A stretch of 64,000 nucleotides of DNA, from IMG/VR virus record IMGVR_UViG_2974625740_000001, positions 1 through 64,000 of that record, one strand, 5' to 3'. Below, in pieces: positions 56,717 through 64,000 of this stretch. Under the pieces are notes generated by a model, which was not told the DNA's origin, did not search any database, and saw only the letters and a list, made by a program, of their open reading frames with translations. Made by a program: the position numbers and the translations under genes. Position 1 is the first letter of the stretch. Every line of letters starts with the position of its first letter. This DNA comes from a virus. Taxonomy: Duplodnaviria; Caudoviricetes.

Positions 56717-57016
56717 TCAGCCCTGCGAGCACCAGATCGACTCCTGCCAGCGGTCGAAGTCCGCGCTGAGTGCCGCCGCGCGACGCTCGTCCTCCTCGCA
56801 CTCCCACCGGTACCGGTCGTTGGTCTCCAGGAACCGCTCGTACCCGACCTCGGCCGCGATTTCGGCCTCGGCGTCGAGCCGCTCCTGTTCCCACTGGGCG
56901 GCCAGCGCGCGGGTCGGGGCGGTGTCCCCGTCCAGCTCCCAGACGAAGTAGCTGGGGCCGGTGAAACCGTCCGCCATCCGAGCTTCGCCGACCTTGCCAC
57001 GGTTGAAAGCTGCCAT
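56717..57016 (-). CDS. Leftward acidic hypothetical protein
   Basis: Minus-strand AGGGAG RBS and minus-strand promoter/operator at 57076-57105. Confidence 0.7.
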   Translation of the reverse strand: MAAFNRGKVGEARMADGFTGPSYFVWELDGDTAPTRALAAQWEQERLDAEAEIAAEVGYERFLETNDRYRWECEEDERRAAALSADFDRWQESIWCSQG

Positions 57017-57211
57017 GGTCTTGGCTCCCTCTTGAGTTGTGGGGGCGGTGTTGCCCCCGCCGTCGTTCTAATTCAATTAAATCACGGCCTTGTCGACCGC
57101 GCAAGTCCCCTCCGTCGTAACGTTATCGCTGGGGCTGGACTTGCGCCCGGAGCAAGCCTGTGATTTACTGGGGTTGTGGCCGGACGCACCGGCCCGGACA
57201 GGAGCCAGCAC

Positions 57212-57580
57212 ATGATCACGGACCAGCAGCCCACCAAGGTCGGCCAGCGGGTGGCGGACATCTTCGCGGACACGCGGGGCACCATCACCTATCTCAACGA
57301 GAACAACGAGGCTCACGTCGACTGGGACGAGAAGCCGGTCGGCAACGAGGACGAGGTTTTCCCGCTCGACGCGCTGCGCGTGGTTCAGCAGATCCAGATC
57401 GACGCCGACTGGTACGAGGACCCCGCGCTGCACCCGATCGTCGAGGTCAGCTACACCCCCGAGGACGGCGTCACCAACTACGTGGTGAACACGCCGACCA
57501 TCGGTCAGCACACCCTCCGGGGGATCGACCAGATCAGGCTCTACCTGCTCGGATACCACCTGGTGCCGAACAAGCGCTAG
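57212..57580 (+). CDS. Hypothetical protein
   Basis: AGGAG RBS; promoter at 57139. Confidence 0.6.
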   Translation: MITDQQPTKVGQRVADIFADTRGTITYLNENNEAHVDWDEKPVGNEDEVFPLDALRVVQQIQIDADWYEDPALHPIVEVSYTPEDGVTNYVVNTPTIGQHTLRGIDQIRLYLLGYHLVPNKR

Positions 57581-57733
57581 AGCACCCGGGCGGGGGTGCC
57601 CCCCACCACCCCCGCCGTGGGCTCCCGTGGGGTCTCCCGGGCCCTGGGGGGCGTGCGCCGGTACTCGTGGCCGGTAGCGTGCTCCCAGGGTTCCGGAGGG
57701 GCCACGGAAGGCTCCGAGACAGGAGGCAGTAAC

Positions 57734-57961
57734 GTGATCTTGATTCTAGTCGGCTCGGCCGTTGTGTGGGCCCTGGTGACGACGTCGACCGGCGGTAACT
57801 GGCAGGCCGGTTTGGTCGTCGCGGGGGTGGTGTTCTGCACGACGATGGGCGGCATGCGACGTCGGCGCGAGGAGCTGCACCGCGAGGAGCGCGCCCAGGC
57901 CGCACGCGAGGTGATGGACGCCCTGTACGCGCCGGAGCCGCGCCGGAGGTGGTTCCGATGA
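57734..57961 (+). CDS. Membrane protein (2 TM)
   Basis: AGGAGG RBS; hydrophobic N-terminus. Confidence 0.5.
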   Translation: MILILVGSAVVWALVTTSTGGNWQAGLVVAGVVFCTTMGGMRRRREELHREERAQAAREVMDALYAPEPRRRWFR

Positions 57962-58131
57962 GGATGCCGCCGAAGGGGTCGATCGAACGCCACCTGCTGT
58001 GGGCGATGATCGTTACCGGGGGCGTGTTCGCCCTGCTGCTGCCGCTGGTCGGTTCGCTTTACGCGTTCGGGTCGGCTGCTGCCGCGTTCATCCTGTACTG
58101 GGTCACCGTGTTCTCCCTCGGGGGACGCTGA
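57958..58131 (+). CDS. Membrane protein (2 TM)
   Basis: ATGA overlap; hydrophobic. Confidence 0.5.
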   Translation: MRMPPKGSIERHLLWAMIVTGGVFALLLPLVGSLYAFGSAAAAFILYWVTVFSLGGR

Positions 58132-58142
58132 CCTGAACAAGC

Positions 58143-58181
58143 CCGAGGGCCCGGACCGATTCACGCGGTCCGGGCCCTCGG
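58143..58181. terminator. Bidirectional terminator
   Basis: CCGAGGGCCCGGACCG / CGGTCCGGGCCCTCGG 16-bp stem between convergent ORFs. Confidence 0.7.
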
Positions 58182-58193
58182 TGTGTCACCCCC

Positions 58194-58295
58194 TCAGAAC
58201 CCCAGCGAATTTGCCGGGAGCAGCATGAGCAGAACGAACGCCCCGAGCAGGCAGGTCAGCCCGATGAACAGCATCCAGGGCGACGGCTCTTTCAT
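58194..58295 (-). CDS. Leftward small membrane peptide (33 aa)
   Basis: MKEPSPWMLFIGLTCLLGAFVLLMLLPANSLGF; AAGGAG RBS; minus-strand promoter at 58343-58372. Confidence 0.6.
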   Translation of the reverse strand: MKEPSPWMLFIGLTCLLGAFVLLMLLPANSLGF

Positions 58296-58484
58296 TTTGG
58301 TGCTCCTTCCGGCGGGGAGGTCCGTCCTCCCCGCTAATTTCAATTAAATCACAACCTTGCGTTCAACGCAAGTCAAAGCGGGTGATCTGCGTCACATGAC
58401 CTGGCTACTTGCGCTGCGGACAAGCCGGTGCTTTACTGGTAATAGACAGGGCGGGACACCGCCCCGGAGCCAGCAGGAGGAACC

Positions 58485-58673
58485 ATGGCGTTCGACTCGA
58501 TCAAGGCCGGTCTGAAGGTCATCACCCGCATCGGTGGCAAGGCCGGAGCGATCCACTCGATCACCCGCCACCCCGTGACCCGTTCGGTCCTCGCGGTGAT
58601 CATCGCCCCCGAGGGCGTCATCGACCCGAACGACTTCATCGTCACCTCGGCCCGGAACCTTCGCACCGCCTGA
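58485..58673 (+). CDS. Hypothetical protein
   Basis: AGGAGG RBS; promoter at 58407. Confidence 0.55.
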   Translation: MAFDSIKAGLKVITRIGGKAGAIHSITRHPVTRSVLAVIIAPEGVIDPNDFIVTSARNLRTA

Positions 58674-58767
58674 CCCCTGGGGTGCACGTCGGCCGTCACT
58701 TCCGCACTGGCGGGGGTGGCGGCCATTCGGGGTGAAAGCACACCGCGATAAACGGGAGATAAACGCC

Positions 58768-59094
58768 ATGGACGACGCCACCCGCCACCGCTACTACGTC
58801 GAGTCGACATACGCCCTGGGCATGCTGGCCACGGACCCGGTCGGCCTGCTGACCGAACGCGGCATCAAGGGCCAGCGATCCAACCGCGACGACTGCATCG
58901 TGAGGATGCTCAACGCGGAGGTCCCGCCCCCGGAGGGTTACCGGTGGCTGTCGAACAAGGACCACGTCCGGCTGCAGCTCACCGCTGACCTGGAGTCGGT
59001 GCTGATCGTCTTCACGCCGGACCCGCTGCGTGACTTCGGCGAGAAGTTTGACAAGGGACGGTACCCGGAGCTGCTCGACGAAGAACTTGCGTAA
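58768..59094 (+). CDS. Hypothetical protein
   Basis: GGGAG RBS; codon bias. Confidence 0.55.
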   Translation: MDDATRHRYYVESTYALGMLATDPVGLLTERGIKGQRSNRDDCIVRMLNAEVPPPEGYRWLSNKDHVRLQLTADLESVLIVFTPDPLRDFGEKFDKGRYPELLDEELA

Positions 59095-59166
59095 CCCGCA
59101 AGCCCTGTGCTTTAATTGAGGTATCGGGGCGGGAACAACCCGCCCCCCACTCCTAAGGAGCCGACC

Positions 59167-59631
59167 ATGGCGACCTTCTTCCACCGCACCGACACCTTCA
59201 ACGGTCGCGTCGTCACCGAGGGCCCCCGGGTCTACACGGTGTTCACCGACGGCGCGTTCCTGGGGTGGGTCTCCGGGGGCGAGCGCTCGTTCCGCTTTTT
59301 CCCCGAGGGCGGTTTCGAGTGGGGGCCGTCCGCCACCACCCGCGCGAAGGCGGTCGACGCCTACTACGCCCGGAAGGCGAAGGAGGAGGCCGCGCGTGCC
59401 TGGCGTTCGCAGCAGGTCCCGGTTTCGACGTACACCGTGCGTCTGACGGTCGAGAACCTGGCCGACGAACTGCCCAACCTGGTCGGCTGCCTGCTCGACG
59501 GAGCCGAGGACCTGGGCGAGGTCGTGAACGTTCGGGTCACCCGGGACGGATACGAGAACGCCATGATCGTCGGCACCAACGGGCGCGACATCCTCGGCCT
59601 GCCCTCCCAGGTCACCGCGTACAAGCTGTGA
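59167..59631 (+). CDS. Hypothetical protein
   Basis: AAGGAG RBS; promoter at 59085. Confidence 0.55.
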   Translation: MATFFHRTDTFNGRVVTEGPRVYTVFTDGAFLGWVSGGERSFRFFPEGGFEWGPSATTRAKAVDAYYARKAKEEAARAWRSQQVPVSTYTVRLTVENLADELPNLVGCLLDGAEDLGEVVNVRVTRDGYENAMIVGTNGRDILGLPSQVTAYKL

Positions 59632-59637
59632 CCCCCC

Positions 59638-59672
59638 GCAGGAACCCCGCCACCCCCCGGCGGGGTTCCTGC
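59638..59672 (+). terminator. Terminator-like hairpin
   Basis: GCAGGAACCCCGCC / GGCGGGGTTCCTGC stem. Confidence 0.65.
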
Positions 59673-59750
59673 GTGTCCGGTACTTGCGCGGTGAGCAAGC
59701 CGTGTGATTTACTGGTTGTAGAACGAGGACGGAACACACCGGAGGTTACG

Positions 59751-60107
59751 ATGCGCAAGGCAACCGCGAACACGCTGGTTCACCTGCTGGGGGCCATGGC
59801 CGCCGGTCGCTCCGTGACCATTCGGTACGTCAAGGAAAACGGCGAGGTCAGCCGACGCCGGATCGACATCTACTCGGTCCAGGTCACCAAGGCCGGTAAC
59901 GTCACGCTCACCACGTGGGACCATCGGGACCAGGAGCTGACCACGTTCCGCCTGGACCGCATCACGCATTACACCCTGCACCGGTCGGCGAAGCTCACCG
60001 CTTACGCGCGGCCGGTCGTCCCCTGCGACGACCCGATCATCGACGCCGACACCGACGAGGTTGTCGGGTTCAGCGCGTGGGACGACGCTTACAAGCTGAC
60101 CGCCTGA
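59751..60107 (+). CDS. Stand-alone WYL-domain protein
   Basis: VTIRYVKENGEVSRRRI...WDHRDQELTTFRLDRI. Confidence 0.75.
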   Translation: MRKATANTLVHLLGAMAAGRSVTIRYVKENGEVSRRRIDIYSVQVTKAGNVTLTTWDHRDQELTTFRLDRITHYTLHRSAKLTAYARPVVPCDDPIIDADTDEVVGFSAWDDAYKLTA

Positions 60108-60116
60108 GGAGGGCCC

Positions 60117-60356
60117 GTGAACCAGGACTACCACCCGAACTCGGTGCATCACCCGGACAACGTCCGCCGAGCCAAGATCGAGGCGGACCACCTGGAGGCC
60201 CTGGCCGAGCACGTCCGGCGCGAGGTGATGGCCCTGGTCGACTCGTACGGGTTCGACATCGAGATCGACCACTGGGGCACCGAACAGGTCATGTTGCGGC
60301 ACAGGACGCCGCGAGGTGGCTACGACTACGAGATCCCGCTGGGGGAATCATGCTGA
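60117..60356 (+). CDS. Hypothetical protein
   Basis: AGGAGG RBS. Confidence 0.5.
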   Translation: MNQDYHPNSVHHPDNVRRAKIEADHLEALAEHVRREVMALVDSYGFDIEIDHWGTEQVMLRHRTPRGGYDYEIPLGESC

Positions 60357-60796
60357 GCAAGGTTGCACGAAACGACGTCGTCCGCGTCACCCGGACCGGC
60401 GAGGTCGGTCTGGTGAAGGGGTGGGCCGACCACGAGAAGATCGACGAGAACGGCACGATCGTCGACGTCGAGCTGAGCCTGGGCAAGACCGTTCAGGCGA
60501 ACGGGCTGGCGCTGGAGTTCGTCGCCGACGCCAAGCCGAAGTTCAGCAAGGCCAAGAGTGCGTGGGTCCTGCTGGCCGCCCTCATCGCCCTGTCGAACGG
60601 CGTGTGGGTCGGGATCGACCTCACCTCGCGCTACGGGATGACCTGGTGGGCGTCGTTCTCGCTGGCGGTCGGCTCGACCATGCTGGTGTGGAAGGCCCTG
60701 TACCTGCTGACCATCCGACCGCGCAAGACGTCGATCCGTCTGCCTCGCAAGCAGGTTCCGCACCCGTCGGTCGGTCGGCCATCTGTCCACAAGTAA
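60350..60796 (+). CDS. Membrane protein with N-terminal SH3-like domain and 2 TM
   Basis: DVVRVTRTGEVGLVKG; two hydrophobic segments. Confidence 0.5.
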   Translation: MLSKVARNDVVRVTRTGEVGLVKGWADHEKIDENGTIVDVELSLGKTVQANGLALEFVADAKPKFSKAKSAWVLLAALIALSNGVWVGIDLTSRYGMTWWASFSLAVGSTMLVWKALYLLTIRPRKTSIRLPRKQVPHPSVGRPSVHK

Positions 60797-60858
60797 AACC
60801 ACCGCGCGGGGGTGGCGGCTTCGGTCGCTGCCCTCGCGCCGACGTGTTTGGAGACACG

Positions 60859-61104
60859 GTGAGCAAGAAGGTGTACAAGGTCAAGTTCCTGGGCGGCGTC
60901 GACGCGTTCGAGCCCGAGCAGCTCAGCGAGGCCGTCCGTGCGGCTGCGGGGGCCCTCGCGGACCCCAGCACGCCCGAGGTGACCGACGACGAGCGCGAGG
61001 CCCTCCGAGACGTCTTCGGAGCCCTCGGGCTGGTGCGCCCGTGCGACCCCGGCACCCAGATGGGTGGCCGGACGCTGTCCGACCTCAGGCCCGTGAGCGA
61101 CTGA
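60859..61104 (+). CDS. Hypothetical protein
   Basis: GGAG RBS; codon bias. Confidence 0.45.
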   Translation: MSKKVYKVKFLGGVDAFEPEQLSEAVRAAAGALADPSTPEVTDDEREALRDVFGALGLVRPCDPGTQMGGRTLSDLRPVSD

Positions 61105-61248
61105 CTTGCGCCGAGCGCGCGGGTGTGGTTAGATTGCTCCTGCGCCGCTTCCACTTACCGGACCCAGGGGACTTGACCCCGGAGCAAGGGCCATGGTACA
61201 ATGGAACCACGACAGAGCACGAAGTCCCCTTTTCTGGAGGTAAGCATC

Positions 61249-61920
61249 ATGAGCGAGACCGCAGTCGAGACGCCCGAGGTCGAGGCCGAGGCCGTCGAGG
61301 AGAAGCCGAAGCGCGAGAAGAAGGTCGTCGTCGCGACCCCCTGCGCCTGCCAGTTCTACACCGGCAAGGACAAGAGCGGGAACGACCTGTCGACCGGCTG
61401 CAACGGCGAGAACGTCCGGACCTTCCTGCCGGGTCACGACGCCAAGCTCAAGTCGCTCCTGATCCAGGTCGGCGTCGCGGGTGGCCAGGTCACCAAGGCC
61501 ACGGACGACGAGGACGTCCTGATGGACCCGCTGCACGCGGCCGAGGAGTACGGGTTCCGCAACCTCGTCGAGCAGTCCATCGACAAGGCCAAGGTCAAGG
61601 AGGAGGCTCGCGCGGCCAAGGCCCAGGAGCGCGCCGACGCCAAGGCCAAGAAGGAGCAGGAGAAGGCCGCCGCGAAGGCCAAGCGCGAGCAGGCCGCCAA
61701 GGCGAAGAAGGCGCACGCCGAGGCCGTCGCCAAGGCCGCCGAGGACGCCAAGGGCAAGCCGGGTCCGGCCAAGGCCAAGGTCGGCCGCACCACGGTCGAG
61801 GGCGAGATCCTCGCCGACGGAACGTTCAAGTACAAGAAGGGCGACGAGGACGTCGAGACCACGAACTACACCGTGGTGATCGACCCGGCGTCCGTCCCGG
61901 TTCCCGACGTCGAGGCCTGA
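61249..61920 (+). CDS. Lys/Ala/Glu-rich protein with Cys-PGHD motif
   Basis: PCACQF...GCNG...FLPGHDAKLKS; AKAKKEQEKAAAKAK tract; extreme codon bias; two tandem promoters upstream. Confidence 0.65.
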   Translation: MSETAVETPEVEAEAVEEKPKREKKVVVATPCACQFYTGKDKSGNDLSTGCNGENVRTFLPGHDAKLKSLLIQVGVAGGQVTKATDDEDVLMDPLHAAEEYGFRNLVEQSIDKAKVKEEARAAKAQERADAKAKKEQEKAAAKAKREQAAKAKKAHAEAVAKAAEDAKGKPGPAKAKVGRTTVEGEILADGTFKYKKGDEDVETTNYTVVIDPASVPVPDVEA

Positions 61921-62072
61921 CCCGACCTGCGACGCGCGTAACAGCCCGACCCCGGGCCCTCTGCGGAGGGTGCCGGGGTCGACGCATGTCTGAGGTCAGC
62001 CGACCCGGGTACTTGCGCCAGCCGCAAGTGCCATGATAAGATGGTGGTACACCGAGGGAAGGAACCGCACCA

Positions 62073-62330
62073 ATGGCGACCGAGAGCTGGAAGATCACCA
62101 CGAGCCGGAACGCGAACGGCGACCTGCCGAAGGTCAACGACCGGATCGAGGTCGACGGAATCCCGGCGGACGTGATCCAGGTCCACACGTTTCACGGCAT
62201 CCAGTACCAGATCCTGATTCCGGGCCTCGTGGTCGACGGGAAGCAGCAGTTCATCACCGACTGGATCCCGTGGGAGATCGTCCTGGACCTGCGCAAGGTC
62301 GAGCCTACCGACGAGGTCATCAACCTCTGA
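62073..62330 (+). CDS. Hypothetical protein
   Basis: Perfect operator/promoter at 62011; AAGGA RBS. Confidence 0.55.
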   Translation: MATESWKITTSRNANGDLPKVNDRIEVDGIPADVIQVHTFHGIQYQILIPGLVVDGKQQFITDWIPWEIVLDLRKVEPTDEVINL

Positions 62331-62417
62331 GACTCCCCGGGGGTCGGCGGACTGAGACGCCACCGGCCCCCGGGTGAACCTCCTTCCTTTCAACCCATCA
62401 AACCCCCAGGGGGAACC

Positions 62418-62933
62418 ATGAACCGCAAGACATCGGCCGCAGTCGCCGGAACCGCCACCGCCCTGGTGCTCGGTCTCGTCGGCTGCGGTGGCTCGGGCGA
62501 ACCGAGTACCGTGGACGGCCTGCGCGACGACTTCAAGACCAAGGCCGCTGTCGCCGAGGTCGCGCACTTCGAGACCAAGCCGAAGACCAAGCGCGTCTGC
62601 GCCGCGAAGAACAACAAGGGGACGTGCACCCGGTACGAGGACCGACCCAACGGCACGAAGCGCGTCAAGGTCGTCGACAAGCCGGGCAAGCCCGCGCTGT
62701 ACTGCGTCGAGCTGGACGACGTCAACGGCTCCAAGAGCGACGACGACGCCTGGTACACGGTCACGCTGGCGACGTACGCCAAGGTGTCCGGCCAGGACGA
62801 GGGCAGCAAGGTCAAGAACATGACGTTCCTGCACCCCGGTTGCGGCTCCGACAAGCAGCGGCCCCCGCACCCGGTAACCCGGGTCGGGGGCCGCTGCTTG
62901 TCGGAGCCGCAACCGGGGTGGTACCCTTGGTAG
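62418..62933 (+). CDS. Lipoprotein (C-terminus extended by inverted repeat)
   Basis: MNRKTSAAVAGTATALVLGLVG-C lipobox. Confidence 0.65.
   Translation: MNRKTSAAVAGTATALVLGLVGCGGSGEPSTVDGLRDDFKTKAAVAEVAHFETKPKTKRVCAAKNNKGTCTRYEDRPNGTKRVKVVDKPGKPALYCVELDDVNGSKSDDDAWYTVTLATYAKVSGQDEGSKVKNMTFLHPGCGSDKQRPPHPVTRVGGRCLSEPQPGWYPW
62832..62920. repeat. Perfect 36-bp inverted repeat with 17-nt spacer
   Basis: 62832-62867 is the exact reverse complement of 62885-62920. Confidence 0.95.
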
Positions 62934-62988
62934 ACCACGCCAGCCGCCGGGAGGTCCTCGGCGGTTTTGCGTATCTGGAGGCAGGGAC

Positions 62989-63708
62989 ATGTATCGACCA
63001 GGCAGCGCGGGTTATTCCGCGTTAAGGCAGGCGGTTCGCCTGTGGGTCAAGCACGCGAAGGACGCAGCAACCTGGTGCGGTTGCTCGTGGGCGGGTGGCG
63101 GTGTAGGCTTCGCCCTGGCCCCGGGAAGCCTCTCCGTGGTATCTCTCGTGGCCGGAGGAGCCGCCGGGGTCACTCTGGCCGTCTGGCGCTGGCGGAGGCC
63201 GTCCCAGTGGCGCTCGTGGCTTCAGGGCGCACGGGCCGAGTACCGCACCGGTCGCCAGCTCAACCGACTGAAGCGAGAGGGGTGGGGCGTTCTGCACGAC
63301 CGACGCATACCGCGCTCGCGCGCCAACCTCGACCACGTCCTCGTGCACCCCTCGGGCGAGTTCCTGGTGTACGTCGACACGAAAGCCTGGCACGCCAAGA
63401 AGGCCATCGTTCGCGTTAACCAAGGTCGCCTGATGTATGGGCCGTGGTCGCAGGCGCAGAAGGTCGAAACAGTCGCGTGGGAAGCGTCGAGGCTCCAGGA
63501 GCTGATCGGCCTGCCGACGTACGCGGTGATCGCCGTGGACGGCGGCAAGGTCAACGGAGGGACGTTGATCTTCAACGGCGTTCGAGTGACCGAGTCGGCC
63601 AGCCTGGTGGAGACGCTCGACTCGTTCAGCTCTCGGCTGCTGCCCTGCCGGGACGTGGTCGACGGTGTCACCAGAAACATCCGGCGCGACTTCGCTGTCG
63701 CGCGCTAA
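62989..63708 (+). CDS. NERD-domain nuclease-like protein with N-terminal TM segments
   Basis: GARAEYRTG..L...GWGVLHDRRIP..RANLDHVLVHPSG...VDTKAW. Confidence 0.75.
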   Translation: MYRPGSAGYSALRQAVRLWVKHAKDAATWCGCSWAGGGVGFALAPGSLSVVSLVAGGAAGVTLAVWRWRRPSQWRSWLQGARAEYRTGRQLNRLKREGWGVLHDRRIPRSRANLDHVLVHPSGEFLVYVDTKAWHAKKAIVRVNQGRLMYGPWSQAQKVETVAWEASRLQELIGLPTYAVIAVDGGKVNGGTLIFNGVRVTESASLVETLDSFSSRLLPCRDVVDGVTRNIRRDFAVAR

Positions 63709-63725
63709 CTGAAACCGGAGCAACA

Positions 63726-64000
63726 TTGAACAACGACAGGCCAAGGTGTGTCGGATGCCGTCGCGTGTTGAGGCCCGAGGAACAGGACCTCGCGCGGATC
63801 GTGTGCTTCCTGTGTGAAGATGGTGTGAAGGACCACCTCAACGCGCTGGCGGGACCTGACGGCCTGTTCGCTCAACTCGTGTGGAAGGGCACCGACGCCC
63901 TCACCCCGGGGTCACGCCGGAGCAGCTCGGACCCGGTCGTCAAGATGTCCAAGGTCACCGCGCCCTCGCCCGTCAACCTGGGTGCAGCGAACCTGCTCGG
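63726..64000 (+). CDS. Zn-finger protein, truncated by window end
   Basis: TTG start; CVGC...CFLC followed by LFAQL..LTPG; frame open to base 64000. Confidence 0.5.
   Translation, partial: MNNDRPRCVGCRRVLRPEEQDLARIVCFLCEDGVKDHLNALAGPDGLFAQLVWKGTDALTPGSRRSSSDPVVKMSKVTAPSPVNLGAANLL

Larger units (their letters stand above)
25669..62042. promoter_or_regulatory. Family of ~24 sigma70-type promoters with palindromic operator CTTGCG-N5-CGCAAG over the -35 box
   Basis: Copies begin near 25669, 26376, 27078, 30763, 31104, 33467, 37203, 37747, 41503, 45158, 46187, 48756, 49214, 53490, 54177, 57089(-), 57139, 58356(-), 58407, 59085, 59682, 61104, 61171 and 62011; each has TTG(C/A/T)xx, 17-18 nt, then an extended TG-n-T(A/T/G)nnnT -10 box. 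Confidence 0.85.

Overview
The window is the first 64 kb of a GC-rich tailed-phage (siphovirus) genome, starting at the small terminase ATG. A Streptomyces-type actinomycete host is inferred from the codon bias, HrdB-like promoters, a TerD gene and the amidase endolysin. Bases 1-25.6 kb hold a rightward packaging, head, tail and lysis module, with an unusual 6 kb insertion between the capsid gene and the head-tail adaptor that includes a 1110 aa fibre with ~23 tandem 20-aa repeats and an FkbM-like gene. Bases 25.7-64 kb form the early/middle arm: an XRE regulator, Cas4-like exonuclease, Sak4-like ATPase, SSB, primase-polymerase/helicase followed by an iteron-rich putative origin, a DinG helicase, family A DNA polymerase, RuvC-like resolvase, a tRNA/ncRNA/terD island and many small ORFs. 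The strongest signal is a 2-aminoadenine (Z-base) type cluster: a PurZ/PurZ0-like synthetase (GSEAKG, TMVD), a phage-encoded adenylosuccinate lyase PurB, a deoxyribosyltransferase-dUTPase fusion and three MazG-like pyrophosphatases, with no recognisable HD-domain DatZ. About 24 sigma70-type promoters in this arm carry one palindrome (CTTGCG-N5-CGCAAG) over the -35 box, suggesting a single genome-wide regulon. No integrase or CRISPR array is seen. All family assignments come from motif recognition by eye, not database searches.
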